DNA of 64,000 bases from an uncultured Flavobacteriaceae bacterium (GCA_938009735.1 CALLIG010000107.1:12149-76148); one strand, 5' to 3'. Positions 30,532 through 41,004 are shown, counted from the stretch's first letter. Numbers and translations are program-made. The notes: generated by a model not told the origin, from the sequence alone.

Positions 30532-30558
30532 AAAAAATACGCTTCGGCGTATTTTTTT
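30532..30558 (+). terminator. Intrinsic terminator with UUCG tetraloop
   Basis: AAAAAATACGC-TTCG-GCGTATTTTTTT. Confidence 0.88.
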
Positions 30559-30596
30559 GTTTTGTTTAGTACATTTAGGGCTAGATATTAAATTGC

Positions 30597-31394
30597 ATGA
30601 AAAAATACATACTTCTCCTTTTTACAGGAATAAGTTTTTTTGGCTTTTCACAAGAAGAGACTATTACTGAAACTAAAGAATTTAATGCGATTGTTATCAA
30701 CGCTCAATCTGACACTCCTATGGAGAGCGTTCATGTCGTTAATCTGAACCAAGTAAAAGGTACTATAACAAATGAGAAAGGGGAGTTCACAATTCCGGCA
30801 GCAGTTAATGACACACTTTACTTCACCTATCTAGGTTTCAAATCACAAAAGATTCGTGTAACCAATGATATGTTTAAATTCAAGGACACCAAAATATCAC
30901 TAACAGAGTTAGCCTTTGCCTTAGAAGAAGTTATAGTAAGACCCTATCAACTAACAGGTTACTTAGAAATCGATGTCAAAAATCTACCTGTAAACAATGC
31001 GTATCAGTACAGTATTTCAGGACTGTCTGTAGGATATGAAGCGGGTAACAAAAACCCAAATGCAGTTACTAAGGTACTAGGTGCTATCCTAAATCCGGCT
31101 GATTTACTGCGTAATTTGTTTGGCAAGAAACCAGGTCAAATGCGAAAACTGAGACAGGTAAAAGAAGATGATGAGATTAGAAATCTATTAGCTTCCAAAT
31201 TTGATCGAGAAACATTAACTGAATTATTACAACTTGAAAAAGTCGATATTGAAGACATATTAAATAATTGTAGTTATTCCAGATCATTTATAAAAACTGC
31301 TAATGACCTGCAAATTCTAGATGCAATTAGTGGATGCTATGAAGATTTCAAAGTTTTGAATAGGGATAAAAAAGGCAAGAAGGCGAAAAAATAA
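30597..31394 (+). CDS. CarboxypepD_reg-like domain exported protein
   Basis: Signal peptide; GTITNEKGEF, DTLYFTYLGFK, LEEVIV. Confidence 0.8.
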   Translation: MKKYILLLFTGISFFGFSQEETITETKEFNAIVINAQSDTPMESVHVVNLNQVKGTITNEKGEFTIPAAVNDTLYFTYLGFKSQKIRVTNDMFKFKDTKISLTELAFALEEVIVRPYQLTGYLEIDVKNLPVNNAYQYSISGLSVGYEAGNKNPNAVTKVLGAILNPADLLRNLFGKKPGQMRKLRQVKEDDEIRNLLASKFDRETLTELLQLEKVDIEDILNNCSYSRSFIKTANDLQILDAISGCYEDFKVLNRDKKGKKAKK

Positions 31395-31543
31395 ATACCC
31401 CTTCTAAAATCTAGCCATGAAATAATGTGAGATATTTCCATTATTTCCCCTGATAATCAGCACTTAACTAGTCATTAAATAGACCTATTAAAATATTTCC
31501 GATTTCTATTAGATTTTTATAGCTTTAAGGCAAATAATTTCAA

Positions 31544-33235
31544 ATGAACAAAGCCCTTTTCGCTATTGTCGCACTATCTCTTCTATTCTCCTGTAAAGAG
31601 CAACAAAAAACTCCTGCTAAAGCGGAAACTGTAAAAACCGAAATTGTTCAAGAAGTTAAAAAACAAACACCCTTTGTCTGGGAAGGTGCAAATATCTATT
31701 TTTTACTTACCGATCGTTTTCATAATGGCAATACAAAAAACGATACTACTTTAGGGCGAACCAACCCTACAGGTGTACTGCGGGGTTTCATGGGAGGTGA
31801 TATTGCCGGAATTACTGAAAAGATAAACAAAGGATATTTTACTGATTTAGGCGTTAATGCAATTTGGTTTACTCCAGTAGTTGAGCAAGTCCATGGCGAT
31901 ACAGATGAGAGTACCGGTAATACCTATGGGTATCATGGTTATTGGACAAAAGATTGGACGACTTTAGATCCGAATTTCGGAACTAAAAGAGAATTAGCAA
32001 GCATGGTTCGATCAGCACATAAAAAAGGGATTCGTGTTTTGATGGATGTTGTCTTAAACCACACAGGTCCAGTTACTGAAAAAGACCCTGTTTGGCCTTC
32101 TGAATGGGTACGGACTGACCCAACATGCGAATACACCTCATACGAAAGCACCACAAGTTGCACATTAGTAGACAACTTACCAGATATTTTGACTGAATCA
32201 GATACTGCTGTGGAATTACCAGATGCTTTGTTAGCAAAATGGAAAGCCGAAGGTAGACTTAGTATCGAATTAGATGAACTTGCTGTATTCTTTGAACGAA
32301 CCGGCTATACTAGAAGTCCAAGGGCATACATTATCAAGTGGCTCACAGATTACGTGAAAGATTTAGGCATTGATGGTTATCGTGTAGATACGGTAAAACA
32401 CGCCGATGAAAAAGCATGGGCTGAATTATACAAAGAAGCTTCGTACGCTTTTGAAACTTGGAAGAAAGTGAATGTCGAAGAATCTTTAGACGACACTCCT
32501 TTTTATATGATGGGTGAAGTTTATAACTACGGTATATCTGGTGGTAGAGCCTATGACTTTGGTGATAAAAAAGTCGATTACTACGATTATGGCTTTAATA
32601 GCCTTATTAATTTCGAGCTTAAACATGATGCTAAAAAAGACTACGAAATAATATTTAAAAAATATAATTCCCTTCTAAATAAAGAATTAAAAGGTCATGG
32701 AATAGTCAACTATTTAACTTCACATGATGATGGTCAACCTTTTGATAAAGACCGAACAATGCCATTTAAAACCGCAAACATACTTTTACTAACACCTGGC
32801 ACCTCGCAAATATATTATGGAGATGAAAGTTCACGTAATTTGACCGTAGAAGGAGCAGAAGGCGATGCCACCCTAAGGTCGTACATGAATTGGGAAGCTA
32901 TTGACAGCATACCAGAAACTCAAAAAATATTAGCACATTGGCAAAAACTAGGACAGTTTAGAAACAATCACCCTGCAATCGGCGCTGGCAAACATAAGCG
33001 ACTGGGCAAAAGGCCATATGTATTCAGTCGCACCTTTATAAATGATGATTTCAAGGATAAGGTAGTGGTCGGACTAGATTTACCAATGGGTAAAAAATCA
33101 CTTTGGGTAAAAGGATTTTTTGGAGATGGAACCAAATTATTTGATACCTATTCAGAAACAGAGGTTATAGTTAAAAACGGAAAAGTTATTCTTGAAAATG
33201 ACAATAATATTGCACTACTTGAACTTCAAAAATAA
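31544..33235 (+). CDS. GH13 alpha-amylase family lipoprotein
   Basis: Lipobox LFSC; YHGYW, DVVLNH, GYRVDTVKH, GEVY, SHDD. Confidence 0.92.
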   Translation: MNKALFAIVALSLLFSCKEQQKTPAKAETVKTEIVQEVKKQTPFVWEGANIYFLLTDRFHNGNTKNDTTLGRTNPTGVLRGFMGGDIAGITEKINKGYFTDLGVNAIWFTPVVEQVHGDTDESTGNTYGYHGYWTKDWTTLDPNFGTKRELASMVRSAHKKGIRVLMDVVLNHTGPVTEKDPVWPSEWVRTDPTCEYTSYESTTSCTLVDNLPDILTESDTAVELPDALLAKWKAEGRLSIELDELAVFFERTGYTRSPRAYIIKWLTDYVKDLGIDGYRVDTVKHADEKAWAELYKEASYAFETWKKVNVEESLDDTPFYMMGEVYNYGISGGRAYDFGDKKVDYYDYGFNSLINFELKHDAKKDYEIIFKKYNSLLNKELKGHGIVNYLTSHDDGQPFDKDRTMPFKTANILLLTPGTSQIYYGDESSRNLTVEGAEGDATLRSYMNWEAIDSIPETQKILAHWQKLGQFRNNHPAIGAGKHKRLGKRPYVFSRTFINDDFKDKVVVGLDLPMGKKSLWVKGFFGDGTKLFDTYSETEVIVKNGKVILENDNNIALLELQK

Positions 33236-33262
33236 AGTATTTAAAAGGTGATCTTTTTCAAA

Positions 33263-33628
33263 CTAGCTTTGCGAGTGCAGAGCAATACGATTTCCTTCAG
33301 TATCACTTATTGTTGCCATATAACCATGACCATCACCAATTTGTGTCTTTGGTTTAGTCACCACTCCACCAGCTCTCGCTACCCTACTTAATTCAGTTGC
33401 TACATCTTTACAAGAAAAATAGATTAATGGGCCATCTGTCAAACTAGGTGTATACATTTCATGAAGCACTAATGAACCTGTCGCTCCCGATTTTTCTGGA
33501 TTATTAGGAAACCATCCCATAACGAAATCTCCCATTTCATGTATTCCGATAGTAATATCGAAAACCGCATCATAAAATTTTTTAGCGCGATTCATATCTG
33601 TAACCGGAATTTCAAACCATCCTAACAT
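33263..33628 (-). CDS. VOC/glyoxalase family protein
   Basis: WFEIPVTDMNRAKKFY, DTEGNRIALH. Confidence 0.88.
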   Translation of the reverse strand: MLGWFEIPVTDMNRAKKFYDAVFDITIGIHEMGDFVMGWFPNNPEKSGATGSLVLHEMYTPSLTDGPLIYFSCKDVATELSRVARAGGVVTKPKTQIGDGHGYMATISDTEGNRIALHSQS

Positions 33629-33639
33629 GTCATTGTATT

Positions 33640-34167
33640 TTATTTTTCAAGAACTTCTTTTAGGCTAGCCATTCCTTCTTCAAAATCTTTACCCACCATA
33701 CTATCCATGCTCTTGAAAAGACTTATGATTGTCATCGGGAACTTATTACTGCCAGAAAAACCCCAGATAACCTTTGTATTTCCATTCCCTGAATCTTCGA
33801 CCTTAATATAGCAATCGGAAGTAGATTTAAAAGGTTTCAAAAAGCGTAACTCCGAATCAATTCGCTCACCATCAACTATCTTTTTAATCTCTTGTTCTCC
33901 TTCTCCTACATCTTTATTACCTAGCCAATAGCTCTGTGAGCCAACTTCACCATCGGTACCTGTGAATTTTTTTTCCATGTTTGGATCTTTTTTAGCCCAT
34001 GGCGACCAATCATCCATATTCTTAAGGGAACGTAAATAATGAAATACTTCTGCCTTAGGTCGAGAAATTTCAACAGACCTGAAAACATCATAAGTTTTAG
34101 GAGCTATTAGAGATAAAATAAACACCAATAAAACGAGACTAGCGATTACATAAATAACAGTATACAT
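33640..34167 (-). CDS. SRPBCC (polyketide cyclase-like) family protein
   Basis: N-terminal TM; WSPW..DP, VGEGEQ, GKDFEEGMASLK. Confidence 0.85.
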   Translation of the reverse strand: MYTVIYVIASLVLLVFILSLIAPKTYDVFRSVEISRPKAEVFHYLRSLKNMDDWSPWAKKDPNMEKKFTGTDGEVGSQSYWLGNKDVGEGEQEIKKIVDGERIDSELRFLKPFKSTSDCYIKVEDSGNGNTKVIWGFSGSNKFPMTIISLFKSMDSMVGKDFEEGMASLKEVLEK

Positions 34168-34211
34168 TTGTTTATCAATTAGTTGGTTGAGTTTAAATGT
34201 AATAAAAAAAC

Positions 34212-34868
34212 TTATTTCAACGTATGATAACGTGTTAAAATATCATCTATACTTTTAATGGTTTTTTTGGTCCAGTCTAATCTTTTTTCTAATTTATCAG
34301 CGTCTGTTAACTGCCAATTCACATCTAATTCTCTCAATTTAGTGGTTAAATCTTGTAAAATAATTGCACAAGAAACTGAGATATTTAAGCTCTCTGTAAA
34401 CCCTGCCATTTCAATTTTCAAGAATCCATCTGCATTATCTAGCACTTCTTTACTTAAACCATCGCGCTCTGTACCAAAAAACAAAGCAATTTTATCGTCA
34501 ATTTTAAAATCAGAAAGTGAGCAATCATTTTTATGTGGCGTAGTTGCAATAATTTTATATCCGCTATCACGAAGCTTTTTTATGCAGCTTTTGGAGCTAT
34601 CATGACGGATAACGTCTACCCATTTCTCAGCACCCATCGCAATATTCTTATCCAACTCCTGCCCATATCGATCTTCAATTACATGTGCTTCTTGCACACC
34701 AAAAACCTCGCAACTTCGAATTACCGCGCTCGTATTATGCATTTGAAACAAATCTTCAATAGCTACCGTAATATATTTAGTTCGAGTTTCTAGTACTTCT
34801 AAAAAACGGGCTTTTCGTTCTTCAGATATAAAATCTTCTAAATATTCTAAAAGATGGTGGTCAATCAT
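34212..34868 (-). CDS. TrmH/SpoU family RNA methyltransferase
   Basis: HNTSAVIRS, FGTERDG, MAGFTESLNISV. Confidence 0.9.
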   Translation of the reverse strand: MIDHHLLEYLEDFISEERKARFLEVLETRTKYITVAIEDLFQMHNTSAVIRSCEVFGVQEAHVIEDRYGQELDKNIAMGAEKWVDVIRHDSSKSCIKKLRDSGYKIIATTPHKNDCSLSDFKIDDKIALFFGTERDGLSKEVLDNADGFLKIEMAGFTESLNISVSCAIILQDLTTKLRELDVNWQLTDADKLEKRLDWTKKTIKSIDDILTRYHTLK

Positions 34869-34904
34869 AGAGGCAATATAATGAAATCCATTATTTTTAT
34901 CTAA

Positions 34905-35597
34905 ATGAAGAAAATCGTAGTACTTACTGGCGCAGGAATTAGTGCTGAAAGCGGCATAAAAACTTTTCGTGATTCAGATGGTTTATGGGAAGGTCATGAT
35001 GTTATGGAGGTAGCTTCTCCGGAGGGATTTACTAAAAACCCCACATTGGTGCTTGATTTCTACAATCAAAGAAGAAGACAACTCTTAAGTGTTACCCCAA
35101 ATGAAGCTCATAAATCACTTCTAAGCCTAGAAAAACACTATGACGTCCACATTGTTACACAAAATGTAGATGACTTACACGAAAGAGCTGGTAGCTTTAA
35201 AGTGCTTCATTTGCATGGGGAATTACTCAAAGTAAGAAGCACTAAAAATGAAAATGAAGTTTTAACTTGGAGAAAAGATTTGAATCTAGGTGATCTTTCT
35301 AAAAACGGCCATCAATTGCGACCTCACATTGTTTGGTTTGGTGAGCAAGTACCCCTTTTAGAAAAAGCTATCGAAATTACCCAGCAAGCTGATATATTAA
35401 TCATCATTGGTACATCAATGCAGGTATACCCTGCGGCAAGTCTTATCGATTTTGTTGCATCCAATACTCCTATTTATTTTATTGACCCAAAACCGAGTGT
35501 ACAAGCATCTCAATACGATAATCTCACCATTGTAGAAGATACGGCTGTTGAAGGGGTTCCTATTGTGGTTTCTGCTCTAATTGATATAGTAGTCTAG
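34905..35597 (+). CDS. cobB: NAD-dependent protein deacylase (class III sirtuin)
   Basis: GAGISAESGIKTFR, YNQRR, TQNVDDLHERAG, HGEL, RPHIVWFGE, GTSMQVYPA. Confidence 0.92.
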   Translation: MKKIVVLTGAGISAESGIKTFRDSDGLWEGHDVMEVASPEGFTKNPTLVLDFYNQRRRQLLSVTPNEAHKSLLSLEKHYDVHIVTQNVDDLHERAGSFKVLHLHGELLKVRSTKNENEVLTWRKDLNLGDLSKNGHQLRPHIVWFGEQVPLLEKAIEITQQADILIIIGTSMQVYPAASLIDFVASNTPIYFIDPKPSVQASQYDNLTIVEDTAVEGVPIVVSALIDIVV

Positions 35598-36033
35598 TTT
35601 TATTTGCCCAAGCAATAACTGCTTTTTGTTGCTCCTCAGTTAATTTTGCAGTCTCATGGGTCCAAGTGTATTCATTCAAAGGCATTTCTCCAGCTTCTAT
35701 CATCTGAACGACTTCGTCTAACTTGTGATCTTTTTTCTCATCGTCATAGTTTCCCCAGTCTGAAAAATTCAAATGCTTCTTTCCGTCTTTGATATGATTT
35801 GACAACCAATAAGAAACTGGCGCAACATTATTATACCAAGGGTATTCGGTATTGTTACTATGACAATCATAACAACTTTCTTGCAAAATTAGTTTTACGT
35901 CTGGTGATGGATTCGTTTGGGTAATAAACAATGCTGTATGATTACCTTGAGCTTGATTTTTTTCAGGACGATAAAATTGTAAAGCAACAAATACTACTAA
36001 AAGTGCTAGCGCAACTTTTTTTACTATTTTCAT
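35560..36033 (-). CDS. Haem-binding domain protein (single c-type CxxCH)
   Basis: SCYDCHSNNT.YPWY, LNFSDW, MPL..Y...H. Confidence 0.85.
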   Translation of the reverse strand: MKIVKKVALALLVVFVALQFYRPEKNQAQGNHTALFITQTNPSPDVKLILQESCYDCHSNNTEYPWYNNVAPVSYWLSNHIKDGKKHLNFSDWGNYDDEKKDHKLDEVVQMIEAGEMPLNEYTWTHETAKLTEEQQKAVIAWANKTRLLYQLEQKPQ

Positions 36034-36072
36034 TCTTTCAAATTAAGGGAACTGCTCTAAGTTACAGTTTTT

Positions 36073-36633
36073 ATGAATAAAGAACAATTATATCAGGCTT
36101 TAGACTATGTGAACCATTCCAGAGAAAAACGGAAAGAAATGGCTCAGCTAGTATCTGATAATCCGAATTTAGTACTTCCCTTACTGCAGATAGCATTTGA
36201 AGACAAAGATATTAAGTCTTCAAAAGCTTGTTGGGTAATTGAATTTACAGCTAAAGAAAACCTATCCTATATATTCCCTTATTTAGATGTATTTACTTCA
36301 AATATTGGAATACTCAAACGAGATTCTTCGGTACGGCCTATGGCCAAAGTTTGCGAATATTTAGTAACTACCTATTTTAAAAAAGCTAAAAATGAAGTGC
36401 AAAATCAACTTAATGAAGATCATCTTGAAAAAATAGCAAGTACTTGTTTTGATTGGCTTATCGGCGAACATAAAGTAGCAGCCCAAGCATATTCAATGAC
36501 TTGCCTTTTGCTACTGGGAAGAAAATTTGACTGGATTCACCCAGAACTAAAAATGGTACTCGAACAAAACTACAATACAGGTAGTGTAGCATATCAAGCC
36601 AGGGCTAGAATGACTTTAGCCAAGATTAGATGA
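36073..36633 (+). CDS. Conserved hypothetical alpha-helical (HEAT/ARM-like) protein
   Basis: Helical pattern; KACW, CFDWL, KVAAQAY; no lyase motifs. Confidence 0.65.
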   Translation: MNKEQLYQALDYVNHSREKRKEMAQLVSDNPNLVLPLLQIAFEDKDIKSSKACWVIEFTAKENLSYIFPYLDVFTSNIGILKRDSSVRPMAKVCEYLVTTYFKKAKNEVQNQLNEDHLEKIASTCFDWLIGEHKVAAQAYSMTCLLLLGRKFDWIHPELKMVLEQNYNTGSVAYQARARMTLAKIR

Positions 36634-36762
36634 TTGTTAATAATCGTAAACCAAAGAAACTTGATTTTTGAATTTTTCAAAAGCTTGTGCTTTATATCCT
36701 TTCAAGCTCTTCAACTATTAGTTATCTTCGCATTTTTCAAAAACCTAGCAATTTTATAATAT

Positions 36763-38106
36763 ATGTCTTTGACTCAACTGAATGCCATATCCCCTATTGA
36801 CGGACGCTACCGAAGTAAAGTAGCAAATCTAGCTCCTTTTTTTTCTGAAGAAGCTTTGATTAAATATCGTGTTAGGGTTGAGATTGAATATTTCATTTCA
36901 CTTTGTGAAATTCCACTACCTCAGCTTAGTTCATTTGATTCCTCAAAATTTGAGGTGCTTCGTGAAATCTATTTAAATTTTGATGCACAAGATGCCACAG
37001 ATATCAAAGAGATTGAAAAAGTAACAAACCATGATGTAAAAGCTGTTGAATATTTTATAAAGAAAAAATTTGATGCCTTAGGGTTATCATCTTTTAAAGA
37101 ATTTATTCATTTCGGACTCACATCACAAGACATCAACAATACTGCAATTCCGCTTTCATTGAAGGAAGCCATGAACGAGGTATATGTACCTATGTATTTT
37201 CAAGTATTAGAAAAACTAGAAGAACTATCAACAACATGGGCAGAAATACCAATGTTGGCGAGAACACATGGTCAACCTGCTTCTCCTACACGCTTAGGAA
37301 AAGAAATAGCTGTTTACTCAGCACGCTTAAAAGAGCAATTCAATTTATTAAATGATATACCAAGTGCTGCCAAATTTGGTGGTGCAACAGGAAATTATAA
37401 TGCGCACAAAGTGGCTTACCCAGCAATTGATTGGAAAGCTTTCGGTTCACAGTTTGTACAAGAAAAATTGGGCTTACACCATTCTTTTCCGACCACTCAA
37501 ATTGAGCATTATGATCATATGGCTGCTTTGTTTGATACTATGAAAAGAATCAATACAATTATTATTGATTTAGATCGAGATTTCTGGACTTATGTTTCTA
37601 TGGATTATTTCAAGCAACAAATCAAAGCCGGCGAAGTTGGCTCATCTGCGATGCCTCATAAAGTAAACCCGATAGATTTTGAAAATTCTGAAGGAAACTT
37701 AGGTATGGCGAATGCTATATTCGAGCATTTATCAGCAAAGCTTCCAGTTTCTAGGCTACAACGTGATTTAACAGATAGTACCGTACTTCGAAATGTAGGT
37801 GTACCTTTTGCACATACCATGATTGCTTTTCAATCTACTTTAAAAGGATTAGGCAAACTGCTTTTAAACAAAGAGAAATTCGAACAAGATCTAGAAAATA
37901 ACTGGGCTGTTGTTGCAGAAGCAATTCAAACCATCTTAAGAAGAGAAGGGTATCCAAATCCGTATGAAGCTTTAAAAGGATTAACCCGAACCAATACTAA
38001 AATAAATCAGCAGTCAATTGCTGAGTTTATAGACACACTTGAGGTGTCTGACACTATTAAAGACGAATTAAAAGTGATTACACCAAGTAATTACACCGGA
38101 ATCTAA
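36763..38106 (+). CDS. purB: Adenylosuccinate lyase
   Basis: SPIDGRY, TNHDVKAVEY, HFGLTSQD, RTHGQPA, GSSAMPHKVNPIDFEN. Confidence 0.97.
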   Translation: MSLTQLNAISPIDGRYRSKVANLAPFFSEEALIKYRVRVEIEYFISLCEIPLPQLSSFDSSKFEVLREIYLNFDAQDATDIKEIEKVTNHDVKAVEYFIKKKFDALGLSSFKEFIHFGLTSQDINNTAIPLSLKEAMNEVYVPMYFQVLEKLEELSTTWAEIPMLARTHGQPASPTRLGKEIAVYSARLKEQFNLLNDIPSAAKFGGATGNYNAHKVAYPAIDWKAFGSQFVQEKLGLHHSFPTTQIEHYDHMAALFDTMKRINTIIIDLDRDFWTYVSMDYFKQQIKAGEVGSSAMPHKVNPIDFENSEGNLGMANAIFEHLSAKLPVSRLQRDLTDSTVLRNVGVPFAHTMIAFQSTLKGLGKLLLNKEKFEQDLENNWAVVAEAIQTILRREGYPNPYEALKGLTRTNTKINQQSIAEFIDTLEVSDTIKDELKVITPSNYTGI

Positions 38107-38130
38107 TTATTTCAATATTTGACATAAAAT

Positions 38131-38159
38131 AAAAAGACCGCTATATAGCGGTCTTTTTT
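38131..38159. terminator. Bidirectional terminator between purB and mscS
   Basis: AAAAAGACCGCTAT|ATAGCGGTCTTTTT palindrome. Confidence 0.85.
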
Positions 38160-38178
38160 GTTATTATGTGATTCTATT

Positions 38179-38994
38179 TTATCCTTCTTTTTGGATCTCA
38201 ACCGCATGTGGATAAGGAATTTCAATACCAGCTTTGTCTAGAGCCAATTTACTTCCTTCTACAGTAGCAAAGAAAACATCCCAGTAATCTTCTGGCTTAC
38301 AAAAAGGTCTAACAGCTAAATCAACTGAGCTATCTCCAAGATTTGCTACATTAACTGATGGAGCTGGATCTTTTAGTACTTTAGGATTTGAAGTAAGCAC
38401 TTCTAATAGTACTTCTTTTGCTTTTTTCATATCCTCATCATAACCAATACCAACCATTGTATCAACTCTAATTTTACCTTCAGCGGTATAGTTGATAATA
38501 TTACCATTTGCCATCGCCCCGTTAGGTACTATTGCCAACTTGTTATCAGGAGTAGTCAATTTGGTTGTAAATATTTCAATTTCTTTAACCACACCAAGAG
38601 TTCCTTGAGCTTCTATCAAATCTCCTATCTTATAAGGTTTGAAAATAATCAAAAGGACTCCGCCTGCGAAATTGGATAAAGACCCTTGAAGCGCTAAACC
38701 AATCGCTAAACCAGCAGCAGCAATTACAGCAGCAAAACTTGTAGTTTCTACTCCTAATTTGCCAATTACCATTATGATTAAGAAAATCTTTAGTGCCCAG
38801 CTAACTAGGTTTAAAAGAAATTTCTGAAGGGCTTCGTCGTAATCTTTTTTCATCATGGCTTTCTTCAATACGCCCATCAGTTTTTTGATAATCCAAGAAC
38901 CAATAATGTAGATGAGAATCGCACCAATAATTTTTGGGCCATACTCAGTTGCAAAATCAATTGCTTTGTCAATCCATACTTGTGTGTCTTCCAT
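38179..38994 (-). CDS. mscS: Small-conductance mechanosensitive channel
   Basis: AAGLAIGLALQGSLSNFAGG, PYKIGD, VPNG, GIEIPYP. Confidence 0.92.
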   Translation of the reverse strand: MEDTQVWIDKAIDFATEYGPKIIGAILIYIIGSWIIKKLMGVLKKAMMKKDYDEALQKFLLNLVSWALKIFLIIMVIGKLGVETTSFAAVIAAAGLAIGLALQGSLSNFAGGVLLIIFKPYKIGDLIEAQGTLGVVKEIEIFTTKLTTPDNKLAIVPNGAMANGNIINYTAEGKIRVDTMVGIGYDEDMKKAKEVLLEVLTSNPKVLKDPAPSVNVANLGDSSVDLAVRPFCKPEDYWDVFFATVEGSKLALDKAGIEIPYPHAVEIQKEG

Positions 38995-39095
38995 TTTTAA
39001 ACTTTGTTTTAATTAATGTTTATGTTTATAGTTATCTTAATATATGAAATTGAAAACGATTTATACTTTGAATTTATAAAGCTTAACATTTTCTT

Positions 39096-39145
39096 AAAAC
39101 AGAAAATCCCGCTACTATTAATATAGTAACGGGATTTTCTGTTTT
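39096..39145 (-). terminator. Terminator of the ECF/DUF4252 operon
   Basis: AAAACAGAAAATCCCG...CGGGATTTTCTGTTTT inverted repeat. Confidence 0.8.
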
Positions 39146-39158
39146 ACTGTTTTCGATA

Positions 39159-39698
39159 TCAGCCTTTTAGCAACTCTTCTAGCGGTCCAAAGCCATCTCC
39201 TGAATAATCAGATTTTTGAATTGCCTCAATCAACTGCATTATATTAGCTGGATTCATGTCATCACCCAACACTCTAATTACAGCAAATCCTTTCTCTTTG
39301 TTATCTCCATATATAATAACCTCATCTATAGCATCTTCGTCGCCTAAATATTTTATAGTCGCTTTGCCGTAAGGGGTGTTCATTTTCATGAGCTCAACAA
39401 AGTCATTATTTTTAAGAATGGCCTTTACTTTTGTTCTTTCCATTTCAAACTCACTTGCATTCATGTCTGATTTTTTGAAAGCTAGAATATTTAATTTTTT
39501 TAAAGATTTTAAAGCCTCTTTTTGCCCACTAGATATGTCTGTATCATTTAAATTTAAAATACTGGTAGGTACATCAAATTGAAGAAAACTAGGGTTCTCA
39601 GCACTATCTACAAAATATTCTTGCAGGCTTTGTTCTGAAGCACAAGAAGAAATTGCCACTACTAAGAGTATTGATATTATTTGATATACTTTTTTCAT
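39159..39698 (-). CDS. DUF4252 family lipoprotein (divergent third paralog)
   Basis: Probable start MKKVYQ at 39698; lipobox ISSC; ELMKM, AVIRVLGD. Confidence 0.78.
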   Translation of the reverse strand: MKKVYQIISILLVVAISSCASEQSLQEYFVDSAENPSFLQFDVPTSILNLNDTDISSGQKEALKSLKKLNILAFKKSDMNASEFEMERTKVKAILKNNDFVELMKMNTPYGKATIKYLGDEDAIDEVIIYGDNKEKGFAVIRVLGDDMNPANIMQLIEAIQKSDYSGDGFGPLEELLKG

Positions 39699-39724
39699 TT
39701 CATTTGTTTTTATATAAATAACAA

Positions 39725-39776
39725 TAGGCATTAAAGTTACATCGTATAAAATTATACTGTGTTACTTTAATGCCTA
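39725..39776. repeat. Long imperfect intergenic inverted repeat inside the DUF4252 operon
   Basis: TAGGCATTAAAGT...GTATAA-AA-TTATAC...ACTTTAATGCCTA. Confidence 0.75.
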
Positions 39777-39788
39777 CTATTTAGTTTA

Positions 39789-40340
39789 TTAGTTCTTATT
39801 ATCTCGCTTTGCCTTTTTCATTTCTTCAGGCAAATTCATTTTATTGGTTATCGCACCAATCTTATTTAAATCGATATCACCAGTCATTGAAACTAAAACG
39901 GTTTCAAATTTTCGACCGTTTACATCGACATCAATATTCTTCATTCCAGAGACGAACATTAATAATTCTCTAACATGATCTTCATCTTTGCCAGACTTAA
40001 TGTAAAATTTCACATTAACATCTTTGTCTTTAACCCGCATCAATTCTTCCATCGACGAAGACTTTAAATATTTTTTGACCGTGGCTGACATATCTGAAGC
40101 GACACCCTTGTCTTCCGTAATAAATACTTTAATTCCGTTAATGCCTTTTGCTACTTCCGCAAATTCTTCTGCTTCTGGATCATCTGACATACTGCCAATT
40201 TTGGAAACTAAGTCGATCATTCCTTTATTGACTATTACGGTACCTACATTGTCCATATCTTCATATCGATCGAAGATAGACTGTGAAAAACCGAATACCG
40301 GTAAAATTGCGATTGCTACTACTAAAATTTGTTTTCTCAT
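39789..40340 (-). CDS. DUF4252 family exported protein
   Basis: Signal peptide; QSIFDRYED, EELMRVKDKD, ELLMFV, TGDIDLNKI. Confidence 0.85.
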   Translation of the reverse strand: MRKQILVVAIAILPVFGFSQSIFDRYEDMDNVGTVIVNKGMIDLVSKIGSMSDDPEAEEFAEVAKGINGIKVFITEDKGVASDMSATVKKYLKSSSMEELMRVKDKDVNVKFYIKSGKDEDHVRELLMFVSGMKNIDVDVNGRKFETVLVSMTGDIDLNKIGAITNKMNLPEEMKKAKRDNKN

Positions 40341-40421
40341 GACTGTTTGTTTTGCTCCCTTCCCACTTTTGGGGTTTTGGGATTGATTACTAATTGATTG
40401 ATGATGAAATATTACTGTTTG

Positions 40422-40970
40422 CTAATTGTCTTTCTTACCTGCTTTATTCAATTCTTCAGGTAAGTTCATTTTTTTTGTAAGCGCACCTATCTTATTCAAG
40501 TCGATGTCACCTGTTAACGATAATAGAACCGTTTCAAACTTTCGCCCGTTTACCTCAACATCAATGTTTTTCATACCCGTAACGAACATTAACAATTCGC
40601 TCACATGATCTTCATCTTTACCATTTCTGATGTAAAACTTAACATTGGCATCTTTGTCTTTTATGCGCATTAACTCTTCCATCTTTTCAGACTTCAAGTA
40701 TTTAGTAACAGTTGCTTTCATGTCACCAGAAACCTTTGCGTCTTCAGTTGTAAATACCTTTAACCCAGTTAAACTTTTCGCCATGCTCATATATTCTTCA
40801 GCTTCTGGATCGTCTAAATCAACATCCATTCTACTTAAAAGGTTGAACATGCTTTTATTTACGACTACAGCAGTTACTTCATCCAAATCTTCATACTTGT
40901 CGAAGATTGATTGAGAGATACCCATTATTGGCAATAATGCCATCACTACTATTATTAGGAACTTTTTCAT
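40422..40970 (-). CDS. DUF4252 family exported protein (close paralog of 39789-40340)
   Basis: QSIFDKYED, EELMRIKDKD, ELLMFV, TGDIDLNKI. Confidence 0.85.
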   Translation of the reverse strand: MKKFLIIVVMALLPIMGISQSIFDKYEDLDEVTAVVVNKSMFNLLSRMDVDLDDPEAEEYMSMAKSLTGLKVFTTEDAKVSGDMKATVTKYLKSEKMEELMRIKDKDANVKFYIRNGKDEDHVSELLMFVTGMKNIDVEVNGRKFETVLLSLTGDIDLNKIGALTKKMNLPEELNKAGKKDN

Positions 40971-41004
40971 TTTATTATATATTAATTTAATGTTTACTTA
41001 TTTA

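Noticed and set aside
36073-36633. Gene upstream of purB as a second adenylosuccinate lyase
   Set aside because: Only 186 aa, with no SSxMPxKxN signature.
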